Positions 30,003 through 41,228 of a DNA stretch of 64,000 nt are shown piece after piece. Every line of letters starts with the position of its first letter. Position 1 is the stretch's first letter. The notes under the pieces are model-generated. The model did no database searches and had not been told where the DNA came from. It saw only the letters and a list, made by a program, of their open reading frames with translations. The stretch is from Polyangiaceae bacterium (GTDB lineage Bacteria; Myxococcota_A; Polyangia; Polyangiales; Polyangiaceae): contig CBDCTZ010000013.1 in assembly GCA_965222375.1 (NCBI GenBank), forward strand, positions 160,001 to 224,000, given 5' to 3'. The translations under genes and the position numbers were made by a program.

Positions 30003-31409
30003 ATGGTCGACAAGACGACCGGCGCGATGCAGGCGTTCGGCGCACCCGCTGCGCCGGGAGCCCATTCCCGTGCAGGGCTCGTGCTCCTGTACACGGAGGC
30101 CTACGCGTCCCTGCCGGGTGCGATCTTGCTCGAGCGCGAGCGCCAGGTCATCGGTCGCGACGAAGGCGTGGAGATTTGCCTCCCGGTCACAGCTGTCTCT
30201 CGGCGCCATGCGGAGATTGCCTGGGAGCAGGGCAATTGGGTGATTCGCGATCTGGGAAGCCGCAACGGGATCATCATCGAAGGGCGTCAGGCCACCGCGG
30301 AGGAGCTGGAGCCCGGGCAAGAGGTCCGCATTGGCGATGCGGTCTTCAAATTCGTCGACAAGCACGCGGAACTGTACGTCCCGTACCGCATTGACGGCTC
30401 CGTCGCACCGGGCTTCGAGCGCAAAGGCCGAAGCCCCAAATCCTTGGTCGGTGGGTACCACATGGATCGCATTGCCGCAGACCTGGCGCGCATTGCTCCC
30501 ACACCGCTGAGCGTCATGCTGCTGGGCGAGAGCGGAACGGGCAAAGAAGTCGTTTCCCGAGAACTCCACGCCTTGAGCGGGCGCCGCGGTGATTTCCACG
30601 CGGTCAATTGCGCAGCGATTCCGGGGCAGCTGCTGGAGAGTGAGCTCTTCGGCTACAAGCGCGGCGCCTTCTCCGGGGCAGAGCGGGACAAGCCCGGACT
30701 GATCAAGCTCGCCGACAACGGCACGCTCTTGTTGGACGAGATTGGAGACATGCCTTTGGAGGCGCAGGCCAAGCTGCTGCGGGTGCTGCAAAACAAAGAG
30801 GTGTTCCCCTTGGGCGCGACCGCACCGGAAAAGGTGGACGTGCGAATCGTATGCGCAACCCACAGAGACCTGTGGCGCCTGCAGGAGGCGGGTACCTTCC
30901 GCGAGGACTTGTTCGCGCGGCTGAACGAGTACCAGCTGAGGCTGCCACCGCTTCGCGAACGCAAAGAGGACACCTACATGCTGACGCGAGCCTTCCTGAC
31001 GCGGCATGGACGTCCGGAGGTCAAGACCACCTTCGCTTTCATGCTGGCCCTTTTGCACTATGACTGGCCCTACAACGTCCGCGAACTCGAAGCCTGTATC
31101 AAGCGCTGCCTTGCGCTGACGGATCGCGACGTCTTGGACCGAGACCTGATCCCGGATGCGGTACGCGACGCCATGGCGGACTACGCGCAACCTAAAGCCC
31201 CGGCTCGAACCAGCGTGCATCCAGACACTTCTCCAAACTCTGCCCCGCCGGCGCGACGCACTGTACCTACCGAAGAAGAGCTGAAGGAATTGCTCGTCCG
31301 TCATCAAGGCAACATCGCAGCCGTGGGGCGCGAACTGGGCAAGGCTCGCATGCAAGTGCACCGTTGGATGAAGCGCTACGGCATCGCCGTGGAAGATTTC
31401 CGCAGCTGA
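30003..31409 (+). CDS. FHA-domain sigma-54 enhancer-binding protein
   Basis: FHA (IGR, VSRRHA, GSRNG), GESGTGKE, GAFSGA, LLDEIG, WPYNVREL, C-terminal HTH. Confidence 0.94.
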   Translation: MVDKTTGAMQAFGAPAAPGAHSRAGLVLLYTEAYASLPGAILLERERQVIGRDEGVEICLPVTAVSRRHAEIAWEQGNWVIRDLGSRNGIIIEGRQATAEELEPGQEVRIGDAVFKFVDKHAELYVPYRIDGSVAPGFERKGRSPKSLVGGYHMDRIAADLARIAPTPLSVMLLGESGTGKEVVSRELHALSGRRGDFHAVNCAAIPGQLLESELFGYKRGAFSGAERDKPGLIKLADNGTLLLDEIGDMPLEAQAKLLRVLQNKEVFPLGATAPEKVDVRIVCATHRDLWRLQEAGTFREDLFARLNEYQLRLPPLRERKEDTYMLTRAFLTRHGRPEVKTTFAFMLALLHYDWPYNVRELEACIKRCLALTDRDVLDRDLIPDAVRDAMADYAQPKAPARTSVHPDTSPNSAPPARRTVPTEEELKELLVRHQGNIAAVGRELGKARMQVHRWMKRYGIAVEDFRS

Positions 31410-31416
31410 GAGCGCC

Positions 31417-32076
31417 TCACAGGCCGCCACTGCACAGACCTTTGACCTCTTGCTGAGCCAACGCGCAGGCGCGCTCAGCGGAGGCGCACTTTCCCGCAAC
31501 GCAGGCGCGCACCGTATGTCGCGCGTTGCCTCCTTCACACTGACAGCAGTGGCGATTGCAAACGCTGGCCGCAGTGCATGGCGCGCCGGCTTGTGCCCCG
31601 CTCCGGGGCGCCTGCTTGCACCTGCCGCAACCGCTGCGCACGACTTCGAGCTTCAAGGTCTGCGTGCCGTCCTCGGTTTTTCGTGTTAGGTGATGGGACA
31701 GTCCTTCGTGAGCGCACGGCGCCATGCACGCTTTCAGTTTTTTCCGCTCGGCCACGCAGCCGGTGACCCGCTTTGCCCCCAGGCAGTCTGCACCCTGGCA
31801 CGTCGCATCGCAGGCCGCTCGAGCGCCAGCGATGCAGACGAGCAACCGCCGGTGCTCGCCTTCGCAGTTCACTGCGGCGGCTCGGGATCCCTCGAGAAGG
31901 CAGCCCCGGCCGCACCCCCCTGAAGCGCTTGGCTGACCGCAGCTCGCGGCGGAGCACGCTCGGTTGCACAGCGCTGAAGTGCTCTGGCCGCCCTGCGGCT
32001 GTTCACGGCATCCGCCCGAAAAGGCCAGCGAGCACAAAATGGTGGCGGCGAGGACAGCCCCTTGGCGCGTCGCCAC
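31417..32076 (-). CDS. Cys-rich hypothetical lipoprotein (start uncertain)
   Basis: Signal-like VLAATILCSLAFSGGC followed by many cysteines. Confidence 0.55.
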   Translation of the reverse strand: MATRQGAVLAATILCSLAFSGGCREQPQGGQSTSALCNRACSAASCGQPSASGGCGRGCLLEGSRAAAVNCEGEHRRLLVCIAGARAACDATCQGADCLGAKRVTGCVAERKKLKACMAPCAHEGLSHHLTRKTEDGTQTLKLEVVRSGCGRCKQAPRSGAQAGAPCTAASVCNRHCCQCEGGNARHTVRACVAGKCASAERACALAQQEVKGLCSGGL

Positions 32077-32423
32077 AGCGCCGTTGCGCCCCGAGGAGGA
32101 CCGCAACCGCCCGAACGTCCCCCGTTGGTGGAGGAGAGGTCCGTAGTCGCCCGCTGAGGGCGCCGAGCGAAGCGCGCGCCTTTTCTGCATCAACCGGACC
32201 TTGGAAGCCTCGCATAGCAAGCACCAGCGCCGCAGGCCAGGTGCTGGAGGGGAAGTCGGGCACGTCAGGTGTCGAGAATTCGGCGGTTTTTTCGCCCTCC
32301 GACTTGAGACGCGACGGCCGCTGGGCTAGTTCCGGCCGGCGATTTAGGCCCCACGGCGGTCCCGGATTTCGCCTCCCCCCTTCCCTACCCCTTCCTCCCT
32401 CGACCGTCCCCCATGTCCGCCTC

Positions 32424-35024
32424 ATGCTGACCTTTTTCTCCGCTCGCTGGACTGCGCTGCTGCGAGTCGTCGCGGCGCTTGCCGTGGCGCTCTGCGCCAA
32501 TGGCGCGGCCCACGCGCAGCCCGCCAGCGCGCCCAAGGCAGGCGGCCAGCCCAAGCCCGCGCCGAAGGCGGGAGGGCAGCCCGAGGGCGCTGCGAAGGGT
32601 GCCAGTGCAGGCAAGACGGCACCCGTCGCGACCGCACCTAGCATCCAACTGCCCCCGTCCGAGGCAGAGCGCGCCCGCGGATTGCCCATCCAACGTATCG
32701 AGGTCGGAGGAAACCGGCGCGTGACCAAGTCGGACATCCTGACCTATCTGCGCGAGCGCGTTGGTCAGAACTTCGATCCGGACACTCTGTCCAAGGACGT
32801 GCGCGAGCTGTGGAATTCCGGCTTCTTCGACGACATCCAAGTGGACCTGGATCGGGACGACGATGGCGTGAGCCTCCGCTTCGTCGTGCAGGAGCGCCCC
32901 AGCATCAGCCAGGTCGTTTTCGAGGGTAATTCGGAGATCGACACCGAGGACTTCACGGAAGCCATCGAGGTCAAAGACGGGACCATCCTGAGCCGTCCCG
33001 CAATCCGGCGCACGATTCAGAAGATCCGCGACATGTATGCGGAAAAGGGCTACTTCCTCGCCGACGTCAAAAGCGAGGTGATTCCGCAAAGAAACAACGA
33101 AGTCGTGGTTCGCTTCTCGATCAAGGAGCAGTCCCAGGTCAGCGTTCGCCGCATCACCTTCATCGGCAATCACTCGATTCGAGATGAAGAGCTGCGCGAA
33201 GTGATGTTCACCGGCAACGCAGGCTTCTTTGCCTTTGGCTCCGGGGGCCCCTATCGGCAGGACGCCTTCGAGCGCGACATCGCGGTCATCAGCGCGCTGT
33301 ACTACGACCGCGGCTATCTCACGGTGTCGATCAGCACCCCCCGAGTGATGCTGACCCCGGACAAGAGCGGAATCGAGGTCTCCATCACGATCAACGAAGG
33401 ACCTCGCTATCGCATCCGTCAGCTGCGCGTGTACGAGCGCGGCCCGAGTGGCAAGGAGGTCGAACCCATCGACGGTCGACGCGCCCTCGCTGCCATGATC
33501 CGAGCCCGCCCGGGGGACTACTTCAACCGAGCGGAGCTGCTGGAAGATCTTGGATCGATCCGCACCCTGTACCGAGATCACGGCCACGCGAACGTGGAGG
33601 CCAACCCCCAAACCCGCCTCGACCAGGAACGCCACGAGGTCGATATCGTCGTGCCCATCGTTCGGGGGCCCCTGGTGTACTTCGAACGCATTGAATTCCG
33701 CGGCAACTCCAAGACCCGAGACAAGGTGATTCGCCGGGAAATGGAAGTGACTGAGGGGGAGCTGTTCCACGAGACTCGCCTGGAAAAATCCCGGGGACGC
33801 ATCACCGCTCTCGGTTTCTTCGAGCGCGTGGACATCTCGACCGAAGAAGGCTCCGCGCCGGACAAGGTACAGGTCAACATCGAGGTCACCGAGCGTCCCA
33901 CCGGCACCTTCCAGGTCGGCGCCGGTTTCTCCAGCATCGAGAACTTCATCGCCACGGCCCAGGTCCAACAAGCAAACCTCTTCGGCTACGGTCAGAGTCT
34001 TTCCCTGCAGGCCCAGGTCAGCGGCTTGCGCCAGTTGGTCAATCTTCGCTTCTTCGAGCCCTACTTCTTGGACAGTCGGTTTTCTGCCAGCATCGACCTC
34101 TTCGATCAGTTGCGGATCTTCAACGACTTCTCACAATCCAGTCGAGGTGGCTCGCTGACCTTCGGCTACCCCCTGGTCTCGCCCGAGCTCACGGCGTCCA
34201 TGACCTACACGGGAGAGCTGGACGAAGTCAGCACTCAAACTCAGTCCACGTTCTTGGGCACTTCGAGCGCCGTCAGCGTGTTCACCCGCTTGCCCCTCGC
34301 CAACCTGTTCAGTGATGGCTTCACTTCCAGTCTGCGTCCGGCGCTCACCTACGACACCCGAGACAATCGACTGTTCCCCACCGCAGGACTGTACCTTCGG
34401 GGCTCGACGGAAGTCGCAAGTTCCACCCTAGCATCCGACAACGAGTTCATTCGCCATCGCTTCGTCGGCCGGTTCTACTACCCGCTGACGACGGGCCTGG
34501 TGCTCAAGCTGAACACCGAAGGCGGACACGTCACGAGCCCGAGCGAAGAGGGCGTGCCAATCTTCGCGCGCTTTTTCTTGGGCGGGATTCTCGACGTGCG
34601 CGGCTATCGCTTCCGAACGATTGGCCCGCGCATTCCGCTCACGGCCAACACCGATCCCAATAGTGCGCCGATTCGCAACGGAGCAAACATCGGCGGCAAC
34701 TTGATGTACTTCCAGAACCTGGAGCTGGAGTTTCCGATCCTGGATAAGGTCGGCATCCGCGGCGTATTGTTCACGGACGCTGGCAACGCCTGGAACCTCG
34801 AGGATGTCTACTGCGAGAGCACCAAGGGCAACGTGCGCTTCGAGGAGGTCAGCCCCTGCTTCAATGGGCTCGATAGCTTGGCCAATCTGCGTACGTCCTG
34901 GGGTTTCGGGATTCGCTGGTTTTCCCCCTTGGGCCCGCTGCGGTTCGAGTGGGGCTTCCCCTTCGACCCACTCCCCTACGAAGAGACAAGCGTCTTCGAA
35001 TTCACCATCGGAAACTTCTTCTGA
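32424..35024 (+). CDS. bamA: Outer membrane protein assembly factor BamA
   Basis: POTRA repeats (GNxR/K), RITALGFFE, YDTRD, VRGY, GIRWFSPLGPLRF, terminal Phe. Confidence 0.96.
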   Translation: MLTFFSARWTALLRVVAALAVALCANGAAHAQPASAPKAGGQPKPAPKAGGQPEGAAKGASAGKTAPVATAPSIQLPPSEAERARGLPIQRIEVGGNRRVTKSDILTYLRERVGQNFDPDTLSKDVRELWNSGFFDDIQVDLDRDDDGVSLRFVVQERPSISQVVFEGNSEIDTEDFTEAIEVKDGTILSRPAIRRTIQKIRDMYAEKGYFLADVKSEVIPQRNNEVVVRFSIKEQSQVSVRRITFIGNHSIRDEELREVMFTGNAGFFAFGSGGPYRQDAFERDIAVISALYYDRGYLTVSISTPRVMLTPDKSGIEVSITINEGPRYRIRQLRVYERGPSGKEVEPIDGRRALAAMIRARPGDYFNRAELLEDLGSIRTLYRDHGHANVEANPQTRLDQERHEVDIVVPIVRGPLVYFERIEFRGNSKTRDKVIRREMEVTEGELFHETRLEKSRGRITALGFFERVDISTEEGSAPDKVQVNIEVTERPTGTFQVGAGFSSIENFIATAQVQQANLFGYGQSLSLQAQVSGLRQLVNLRFFEPYFLDSRFSASIDLFDQLRIFNDFSQSSRGGSLTFGYPLVSPELTASMTYTGELDEVSTQTQSTFLGTSSAVSVFTRLPLANLFSDGFTSSLRPALTYDTRDNRLFPTAGLYLRGSTEVASSTLASDNEFIRHRFVGRFYYPLTTGLVLKLNTEGGHVTSPSEEGVPIFARFFLGGILDVRGYRFRTIGPRIPLTANTDPNSAPIRNGANIGGNLMYFQNLELEFPILDKVGIRGVLFTDAGNAWNLEDVYCESTKGNVRFEEVSPCFNGLDSLANLRTSWGFGIRWFSPLGPLRFEWGFPFDPLPYEETSVFEFTIGNFF

Positions 35025-35033
35025 GCCTGCAAT

Positions 35034-36038
35034 TTGAGATTTTTCGTCGACGCCACGGAAATCCCGGGAAAATATGCGGTTCAGGTGACCTCTTTCCATC
35101 CCAGCCTGGCGCCCAAACCAGACGTCGTTCTCATCGTGGATGACGACCCGGCGGTGCGTACGCTGGCAGCTAGATGGCTTTCCCAGGTGGGAATCCAGGT
35201 CGTGGAGCTGGATCGAGGCGAAGCCGCTCTGGCGTGGCTGGCGGAGTCCTCGGACAAGGTCGCCGCCGTCGTGCTCGACGTCATGATGCCCGGATTGGAT
35301 GGGTTCGAAGTTCTCGCGGCCATGCGCGAGGAGCCGGCAACGCAGGACATTCCCGTCGTCTTGCTCACCGCGCATGCCAACACCGATTCGGATATCCTTC
35401 AGGGAATTGAGCTCGGGGCCTACGACCACCTGGAAAAGCCTTTCCGAGGACCCATCTTGATCGCGCGGGTCAAGGCGTTGGTCGAAAAGCGGCGCACCGC
35501 TTACATCACCCGACTCAAGCTGGAATCAGCGGAGAGCCACGCCCTGAAAGACGCCCTTACGGGCCTGGGCAACCGCAGGCACTTTGATGCCTCCCTGGCA
35601 CGCGAAATTTCGTACACCAGCCGGCACAAGGAGCCCTTGTCCCTGGCAATCGTCGATCTCGACTTTTTCAAGAGCATCAACGACCTTTTTGGTCACCCCG
35701 AAGGGGATCGCGTGTTGGCCCACGTCGCCGGACAATTGCACGACGGGCTGCGCGGCTCCGACGAGGCGTTTCGGCTGGGTGGCGAGGAGTTCTGCTTGAT
35801 CCTTCGCGGGACGGAAGCCGAGGCCGCGGCTGGCGTGATGCGTCGGCTGCGAGAAACGGTCAAAGCGGAACCGATGCAGTTCGGAGATCACGACGAACGA
35901 ACCATCACTTTTAGCGGTGGGATCGCGTCCGCCCAACTGAGCAACAACTTCAGCGTGGTGGACCTGTTGGACCGCGCGGACCGCGCTCTGTACCGCGCGA
36001 AACAAGGTGGCCGCGACCGAGTCGAAGTCGAGGAATGA
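35034..36038 (+). CDS. Response-regulator diguanylate cyclase (REC-GGDEF)
   Basis: IVDDD, LDVMMPGLDG, KPF; DALTGLGNRR, RGSD I-site, RLGGEEF. Confidence 0.93.
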   Translation: MRFFVDATEIPGKYAVQVTSFHPSLAPKPDVVLIVDDDPAVRTLAARWLSQVGIQVVELDRGEAALAWLAESSDKVAAVVLDVMMPGLDGFEVLAAMREEPATQDIPVVLLTAHANTDSDILQGIELGAYDHLEKPFRGPILIARVKALVEKRRTAYITRLKLESAESHALKDALTGLGNRRHFDASLAREISYTSRHKEPLSLAIVDLDFFKSINDLFGHPEGDRVLAHVAGQLHDGLRGSDEAFRLGGEEFCLILRGTEAEAAAGVMRRLRETVKAEPMQFGDHDERTITFSGGIASAQLSNNFSVVDLLDRADRALYRAKQGGRDRVEVEE

Positions 36039-36069
36039 CTCCGCCCACCATGCGGGGTAGGATCTGAAG

Positions 36070-36456
36070 ATGCCGGAGCGCGTGCAGGGAGACGAGGACG
36101 TATCCACGACGCTCCGTAACCTGGAGCCCCCTTCCAGCGGTGAGAGTGAACGCGAGGAAGATGGACCCGCGGCTTCGGATGCGCCCACGAAGCGGATCAG
36201 CCACGGCAGCGACACGCTGTTGTCGGCGCCTGTGACCAGTCAGGACGATCCAGCCGCCGCCACGGATCGCGACGACACCGGGCATGACCGGCACTTCGAA
36301 GCGCAGGTCGAAGAGCTAGAGCGGCGGACCGATCAACTCGAAGCGAGAGTCCGCGTGCTCGAACTCCGACAGCCCCATTCCACCCCCCGATGGCTGATTT
36401 GGGTGCTCTTTCTGTTCGGTCTCGCGATAGCGTTCCAGCTCTCGCGCCAAATCTGA
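36070..36456 (+). CDS. Hypothetical protein with coiled coil and C-terminal TM helix
   Basis: Acidic disordered N-terminus, heptad segment, WLIWVLFLFGLAIAF. Confidence 0.6.
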   Translation: MPERVQGDEDVSTTLRNLEPPSSGESEREEDGPAASDAPTKRISHGSDTLLSAPVTSQDDPAAATDRDDTGHDRHFEAQVEELERRTDQLEARVRVLELRQPHSTPRWLIWVLFLFGLAIAFQLSRQI

Positions 36457-36620
36457 GCGGGCCCAAACTCGGTGCAAAATTTATCCGGTAACCCATGGAT
36501 ATCATTAGATCTATTTAGCCAACGAAGGCTTGCTGCAGGGCCCGCTCCGCGGTAGCGAAACAGGGTCACGAAGCGGCGCAAATCGGCCATTCTTCGTGGC
36601 TCTGGCAGCCCCCAAAGACC

Positions 36621-39338
36621 ATGCAACAGCCCCCCCCTTCGTCACCCTCGTCCGAGCTACCCATCAGCATCCAGGACGAGATGCGCACTTCGTACCTCGA
36701 CTACGCGATGAGCGTAATCATCGGTCGTGCGATCCCCGACGTGCGTGACGGGCTCAAGCCCGTCCACCGTCGCATTCTCTACGCGATGCGCGCCCTCAAC
36801 CTCACCCCTTCTACGGCGTATCGCAAGTGCGCACTGGTCGTCGGAGAGGTGATCGGCAAGTACCACCCCCACGGCGATGCCGCCGTGTACGACTCCCTAG
36901 TGCGAATGGCCCAGGATTTTTCCATGCGCCATGCCCTCGTCGACGGCCAAGGAAACTTCGGATCCATCGACGGCGATCCGCCTGCCGCCTACCGCTACAC
37001 CGAAAGCCGCATGGCCAAGATCGCCATGGAGCTGCTTACGGATATCGACAAAGATACCGTGGACTTCGTTCCGACCTTCGACGAGTCCAGCACCGAGCCG
37101 CGGGTTCTGCCGGCGCGCTATCCCAACCTGCTGGTGAACGGCTCCGGCGGCATTGCTGTCGGAATGGCAACGAATATTCCTCCCCACAACCTCGGGGAGA
37201 TCATCGAAGCGACCATTCGCTTGATTCGGCAGCCCGACACCACCATCGAAGAATTGCTCTCCGTCGTGCCCGGTCCGGACTTCCCGACTGGCGCTCACAT
37301 CTTCGGTCGCGCAGGCATCTACCAGGCCTACAAGACCGGCCGGGGCAGCGTGGTGATGCGCGCACGAACCGTCGTGGAAAAGGTCTCCGGCAGCCAAGAC
37401 CGCGAGCAAATCGTGGTCACGGAAATCCCGTACCAGGTGAACAAGGCGCGATTGCACGCCAAAATCGGCGAGCTCATGCGCGACAAGCGTATCGAGGGCA
37501 TCCGGGAGGCACGAGACGAAAGCGACCGCGAGGGCATGCGTCTGGTCATTGAGCTGAAGAAGGACGTGTTCCCCGAGGTTCTTCTCAACCAGCTCTACCG
37601 TCTGACGGATCTGCAATCATCCTTCGGGATCATCAACCTGGCCATCGTCAACGGCCGGCCGGCGGTGCTCGACCTGAAAGAAACGCTGACCTGCTTCATT
37701 GAGCATCGCCGCGAGGTGGTCAGCCGCCGCGTTCGATACGAACTCACTCAAGCCGAAGCCCAGCGAGAGTTGATTGAGGGCCTTGGCATGGCGGTCACCG
37801 AGGTGGACTTGGTGATCAAGACCATCCGCGAGTCCAGGGATCCCGACGAAGCGCGCACGAAGTTGATGCAGCTGCCCCTGGCTGGATTGGAGTCTTTCGT
37901 TCGACGTGCCGGCCGCCCGGAGGCCGAGATTGCCGCGGCGGCCGCCCGCCAAGACTATCGCCTGAGCGAGAGACAAGCCAAGGCCATCCTGGAGATGCGC
38001 TTGGCTCGCCTCACGGGGCTCGAATACGAAAAGCTAGCCGAAGAGTACGGCAAGCTCTGCGACCAGATTGCAGGCTTGAAGGCCATTCTGGGCGATGAGA
38101 GCCTGTTGATGGACGTGATCGTACAGGAGCTCGAGGAAGTGGCAGAAAAGCACGCTTCGCCTCGACGCACCGAGATCGTCGACGATGAAGCGGAAATCCA
38201 GATCGAAGATCTGATTCAAGAAGAAGACATGGTGGTGACCATTTCCCACCACGGCTACATCAAGCGAACGGCTCTGTCCGAGTATCGAGCGCAAAAGCGG
38301 GGCGGAAAGGGCAACCGCGGCATCGAGGCGCGGGACGACGACTTCGTGAACATGCTCTTCGTCGCGAGCACGCATAGCTTCGTCTTTTTCTTCAGCGACC
38401 GCGGCAAAGTTTACGTGAAGAAGGTCTATGAAGTACCCGTCGCTGCGCGAGTGGCCAAGGGGCGTGCCATCGTCAACTTCATCGGAATGGAGGAGAGCGA
38501 GCGCATGCGCGCGATCACTCCCGTGCCTGGTTTTGAGGAGGGCGTGTTTGTTACCACGCTGACCAAGCGTGGCCAGATCAAGAAGACCGAGATCACCGGC
38601 TACCAGAACTACCGAGCAAAGGGCATCATTGGCGTGAAGGTTGCCGACGACGACCAGTTGCTCTCAGCGCTAGTCACCGACGGTTCTCGGGAATTCATGA
38701 TTGCCACCAAGAACGGCAAGAGCATTCGTTTCGACGAGGGCCAAGTTCGTCCCATGGGTCGCAACGCCGCAGGTGTGAAGGGTATGGACCTAGAAGACAG
38801 CGACGAGGTGGTCGGATTCGTGGCGACAGATCCCGAGCGCACCCAGGTGCTGGCGGTGTGCGAGCGCGGCTACGGCAAGCGCACCCCGTTGGAGGAGTTC
38901 CGGGCCCAGAACCGCGGCGGAAAAGGCATCATCTTGATCGACGCCAGTGAGCGCAATGGCCCGGTCGTGGGCGTCGCCCTAGTCAAGGACGAGGACGAGG
39001 TCATGTTGATCACCGATCGGGGCCAGACCATTCGTTGCCCTGTCGGCGAGATCCGATTGACCGGCCGCAACGCCCAAGGCGTCAAGGTGATGAACGTCGG
39101 CGAGGACGAGCGGGTGGTTGCCGTCGAGCCCGTGGGCGAGCGCCGTGACGAGGACATCGCCGACGATGATCTAGACGAGGAGGGCGCCGGCGAGGGCGCA
39201 GGCGCTCAGGCGAGCGGGAGCGAAGGTGACGCGGGTGGCCCAGGCGCCGAGCCGGCTCCGGAGGAGGCTGCCGGCGGAGACGCAGAGTCCGACGCCGACG
39301 CTGATTCTGCGGAGTCTGACGACGAGCAAGACGACTGA
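36621..39338 (+). CDS. gyrA: DNA gyrase subunit A
   Basis: [22 protein letters not shown], GyrA-box QKRGGKG, pinwheel repeats, acidic tail. Confidence 0.97.
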   Translation: MQQPPPSSPSSELPISIQDEMRTSYLDYAMSVIIGRAIPDVRDGLKPVHRRILYAMRALNLTPSTAYRKCALVVGEVIGKYHPHGDAAVYDSLVRMAQDFSMRHALVDGQGNFGSIDGDPPAAYRYTESRMAKIAMELLTDIDKDTVDFVPTFDESSTEPRVLPARYPNLLVNGSGGIAVGMATNIPPHNLGEIIEATIRLIRQPDTTIEELLSVVPGPDFPTGAHIFGRAGIYQAYKTGRGSVVMRARTVVEKVSGSQDREQIVVTEIPYQVNKARLHAKIGELMRDKRIEGIREARDESDREGMRLVIELKKDVFPEVLLNQLYRLTDLQSSFGIINLAIVNGRPAVLDLKETLTCFIEHRREVVSRRVRYELTQAEAQRELIEGLGMAVTEVDLVIKTIRESRDPDEARTKLMQLPLAGLESFVRRAGRPEAEIAAAAARQDYRLSERQAKAILEMRLARLTGLEYEKLAEEYGKLCDQIAGLKAILGDESLLMDVIVQELEEVAEKHASPRRTEIVDDEAEIQIEDLIQEEDMVVTISHHGYIKRTALSEYRAQKRGGKGNRGIEARDDDFVNMLFVASTHSFVFFFSDRGKVYVKKVYEVPVAARVAKGRAIVNFIGMEESERMRAITPVPGFEEGVFVTTLTKRGQIKKTEITGYQNYRAKGIIGVKVADDDQLLSALVTDGSREFMIATKNGKSIRFDEGQVRPMGRNAAGVKGMDLEDSDEVVGFVATDPERTQVLAVCERGYGKRTPLEEFRAQNRGGKGIILIDASERNGPVVGVALVKDEDEVMLITDRGQTIRCPVGEIRLTGRNAQGVKVMNVGEDERVVAVEPVGERRDEDIADDDLDEEGAGEGAGAQASGSEGDAGGPGAEPAPEEAAGGDAESDADADSAESDDEQDD

Positions 39339-40159
39339 TGGCCCGCTCCAAGGCCGCTCATCGAGCTCCGGAAACTCTCGGGCGCCTAGTGGCGATTCAT
39401 CCAGACGCCCATTGTGAACTAACCCACAAGAGCGCTTTCCAATTGTTGGTCGCCACGGTGCTGAGCGCGCAGAGCACCGACGTCGCGGTGAACAAGGTCA
39501 CGCCGACGCTGTTTTCACAATTCCCCAATGCTCAAGCCCTGGCCAAGGCCCCCCAGAGCCGCGTGGAAAGACTGATCGGTAGACTGGGCATGTTTCGCCA
39601 GAAATCGAAGAATCTGATCGGCCTGGCCAAAGCCCTGTGCGCCGACCACCGAGGACGGGTGCCAAAGACCCTCGACGAGCTGGTCGCACTTCCCGGCGTA
39701 GGGCGTAAGACCGCCAACGTCGTTCTGGGCGTCGCGTTCGGGGCGCCGGAGGGCGTCGTGGTCGACACTCACGTTCAGCGCATCAGTCAGCGGCTGGGGT
39801 GGAGCAAGCAGACCACCGCGGACAAGATCGAACGAGACTTGATGAAGCTGTTCCCACGCCAGGAGTGGGATCGCATCTCCCACACCCTCATTTTTCATGG
39901 GCGCCGGGTATGCAGTGCGCGCTCGCCCGCCTGCGCGGCATGCAAGATAGCGGACGCATGTCCCAGCGCGTTCAATGCCGAAGACGTCGGACGCAAGCCG
40001 CCCCGAGTACGCTCAAATCCCGCGTCGAAAGCAGCAAAGACTCCAAGCGCCAGGAAGGCGGGAGCCAAGAAGGCGGGAGCCAAGAAGGCCACGGGCAAGA
40101 AGGCGGGAGCCAAGAAGGCCACGGGCAAGAAGGCCCGAGCGCGCGCGACGGCTCGCTGA
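39338..40159 (+). CDS. nth: Endonuclease III with Lys-rich tail
   Basis: LSAQSTD, LPGVGRKTANV, VDTHV, Fe-S motif C-x6-C-x2-C-x5-C. Confidence 0.95.
   Translation: MARSKAAHRAPETLGRLVAIHPDAHCELTHKSAFQLLVATVLSAQSTDVAVNKVTPTLFSQFPNAQALAKAPQSRVERLIGRLGMFRQKSKNLIGLAKALCADHRGRVPKTLDELVALPGVGRKTANVVLGVAFGAPEGVVVDTHVQRISQRLGWSKQTTADKIERDLMKLFPRQEWDRISHTLIFHGRRVCSARSPACAACKIADACPSAFNAEDVGRKPPRVRSNPASKAAKTPSARKAGAKKAGAKKATGKKAGAKKATGKKARARATAR
40052..40141 (+). repeat. Six 15-bp coding repeats (KKAGA/KKATG) in the nth tail
   Basis: AAGAAGGCGGGAGCC and AAGAAGGCCACGGGC units in tandem. Confidence 0.9.
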
Positions 40160-40160
40160 G

Positions 40161-41180
40161 CTACTCTCCCTTCGGCAGCTTCTGGATCAGCTCGTCGCAG
40201 GCGGAATAAGGATCGAGCTCGCGAGCCTCGACTCTAGCGACGAGTTCATCCAGCTCGCCGTGCAGCGTGCTGACGATCGTCTGGGCCAGGGCATCCCGGA
40301 GAAAGCTCAGCAGCGCCTCCCGCGCGCGCTGTTTGCCACGCTCTCGGCCGTCGGGAGTATCTCGGAGCCAGCTGCGGTGACGCCGCAAATCCTCGAGCAA
40401 CTCGTCAATACCGCGATCCCGCGACGCAATGCACTTGTGAATCGGCGGAACCCACTCGCTGGGATTTTGGGTCTTGTCGAATTTGGGACTCACACTCGCC
40501 GCGGTGTGTCCCGGTGTCTTGGCCGCGCTGCGCGAGAAGATATCGGAGCCAAGAGCAAGCATGAGTTCCAGATCCCGCACCGTGGCGTCGGCACCATCCC
40601 GGTCCGCCTTGTTCACGGCAAACACGTCAGCGATTTCCAGGATGCCGGCCTTGATGGCTTGGATATCATCCCCCAAGCCCGGAGATAGCACGACCAGAGT
40701 AGTATGCGCCGCACGGGTGATTTCCAGTTCATCCTGCCCCACGCCCACGGTCTCGATCAGAATCACATCCGCCCCAGAGGCATCGAGCACTCGGGCAATG
40801 TCAGTGGCAGAACGAGACAGGCCTCCCAATGCTCCCCGAGTGGCGACAGAACGAATGAACACACCTGGGTCCTCGAAGTGTCGCTGCATCCGGATGCGAT
40901 CACCGAGGATGGCGCCCCCAGAAAACGGACTCGTCGGATCAACGGCCACCACCGCCACTCGACTGCCCGCGGCGCGGAATCTCGTGATCAGGCGATCCGT
41001 GAGGGTGCTCTTGCCTGCCCCGGGGTTGCCCGTGATGCCGACTAGCCAGGCGCGGCCCGTATGGGGGAAGAGCTCCTGGAGTAGCTCACGGTGACCCGGC
41101 AGGCGATCGTCAACGGCGCGGCAAGCCCGCGCGATTGCGCGGGTCTCGCCGTCGAGGATGCGCGCTGCCAGTTCACTCAT
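40161..41180 (-). CDS. meaB: MeaB/ArgK family GTPase chaperone (copy 1)
   Basis: GNPGAGKST, VDPTSPFSGGAILGDRIRM, ETVGVGQDE, NKAD. Confidence 0.92.
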   Translation of the reverse strand: MSELAARILDGETRAIARACRAVDDRLPGHRELLQELFPHTGRAWLVGITGNPGAGKSTLTDRLITRFRAAGSRVAVVAVDPTSPFSGGAILGDRIRMQRHFEDPGVFIRSVATRGALGGLSRSATDIARVLDASGADVILIETVGVGQDELEITRAAHTTLVVLSPGLGDDIQAIKAGILEIADVFAVNKADRDGADATVRDLELMLALGSDIFSRSAAKTPGHTAASVSPKFDKTQNPSEWVPPIHKCIASRDRGIDELLEDLRRHRSWLRDTPDGRERGKQRAREALLSFLRDALAQTIVSTLHGELDELVARVEARELDPYSACDELIQKLPKGE

Positions 41181-41228
41181 GGCTCGAGAGTGTAGCCAAT
41201 TGCCGGGCTACGTGGATCCGTCAGCTGC

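Noticed and set aside
31773..32423. Long N-terminal extensions in the ORF track for bamA (also purF and the TPR gene)
   Set aside because: They overlap divergent genes; downstream starts give the expected signal peptide or catalytic N-terminus.
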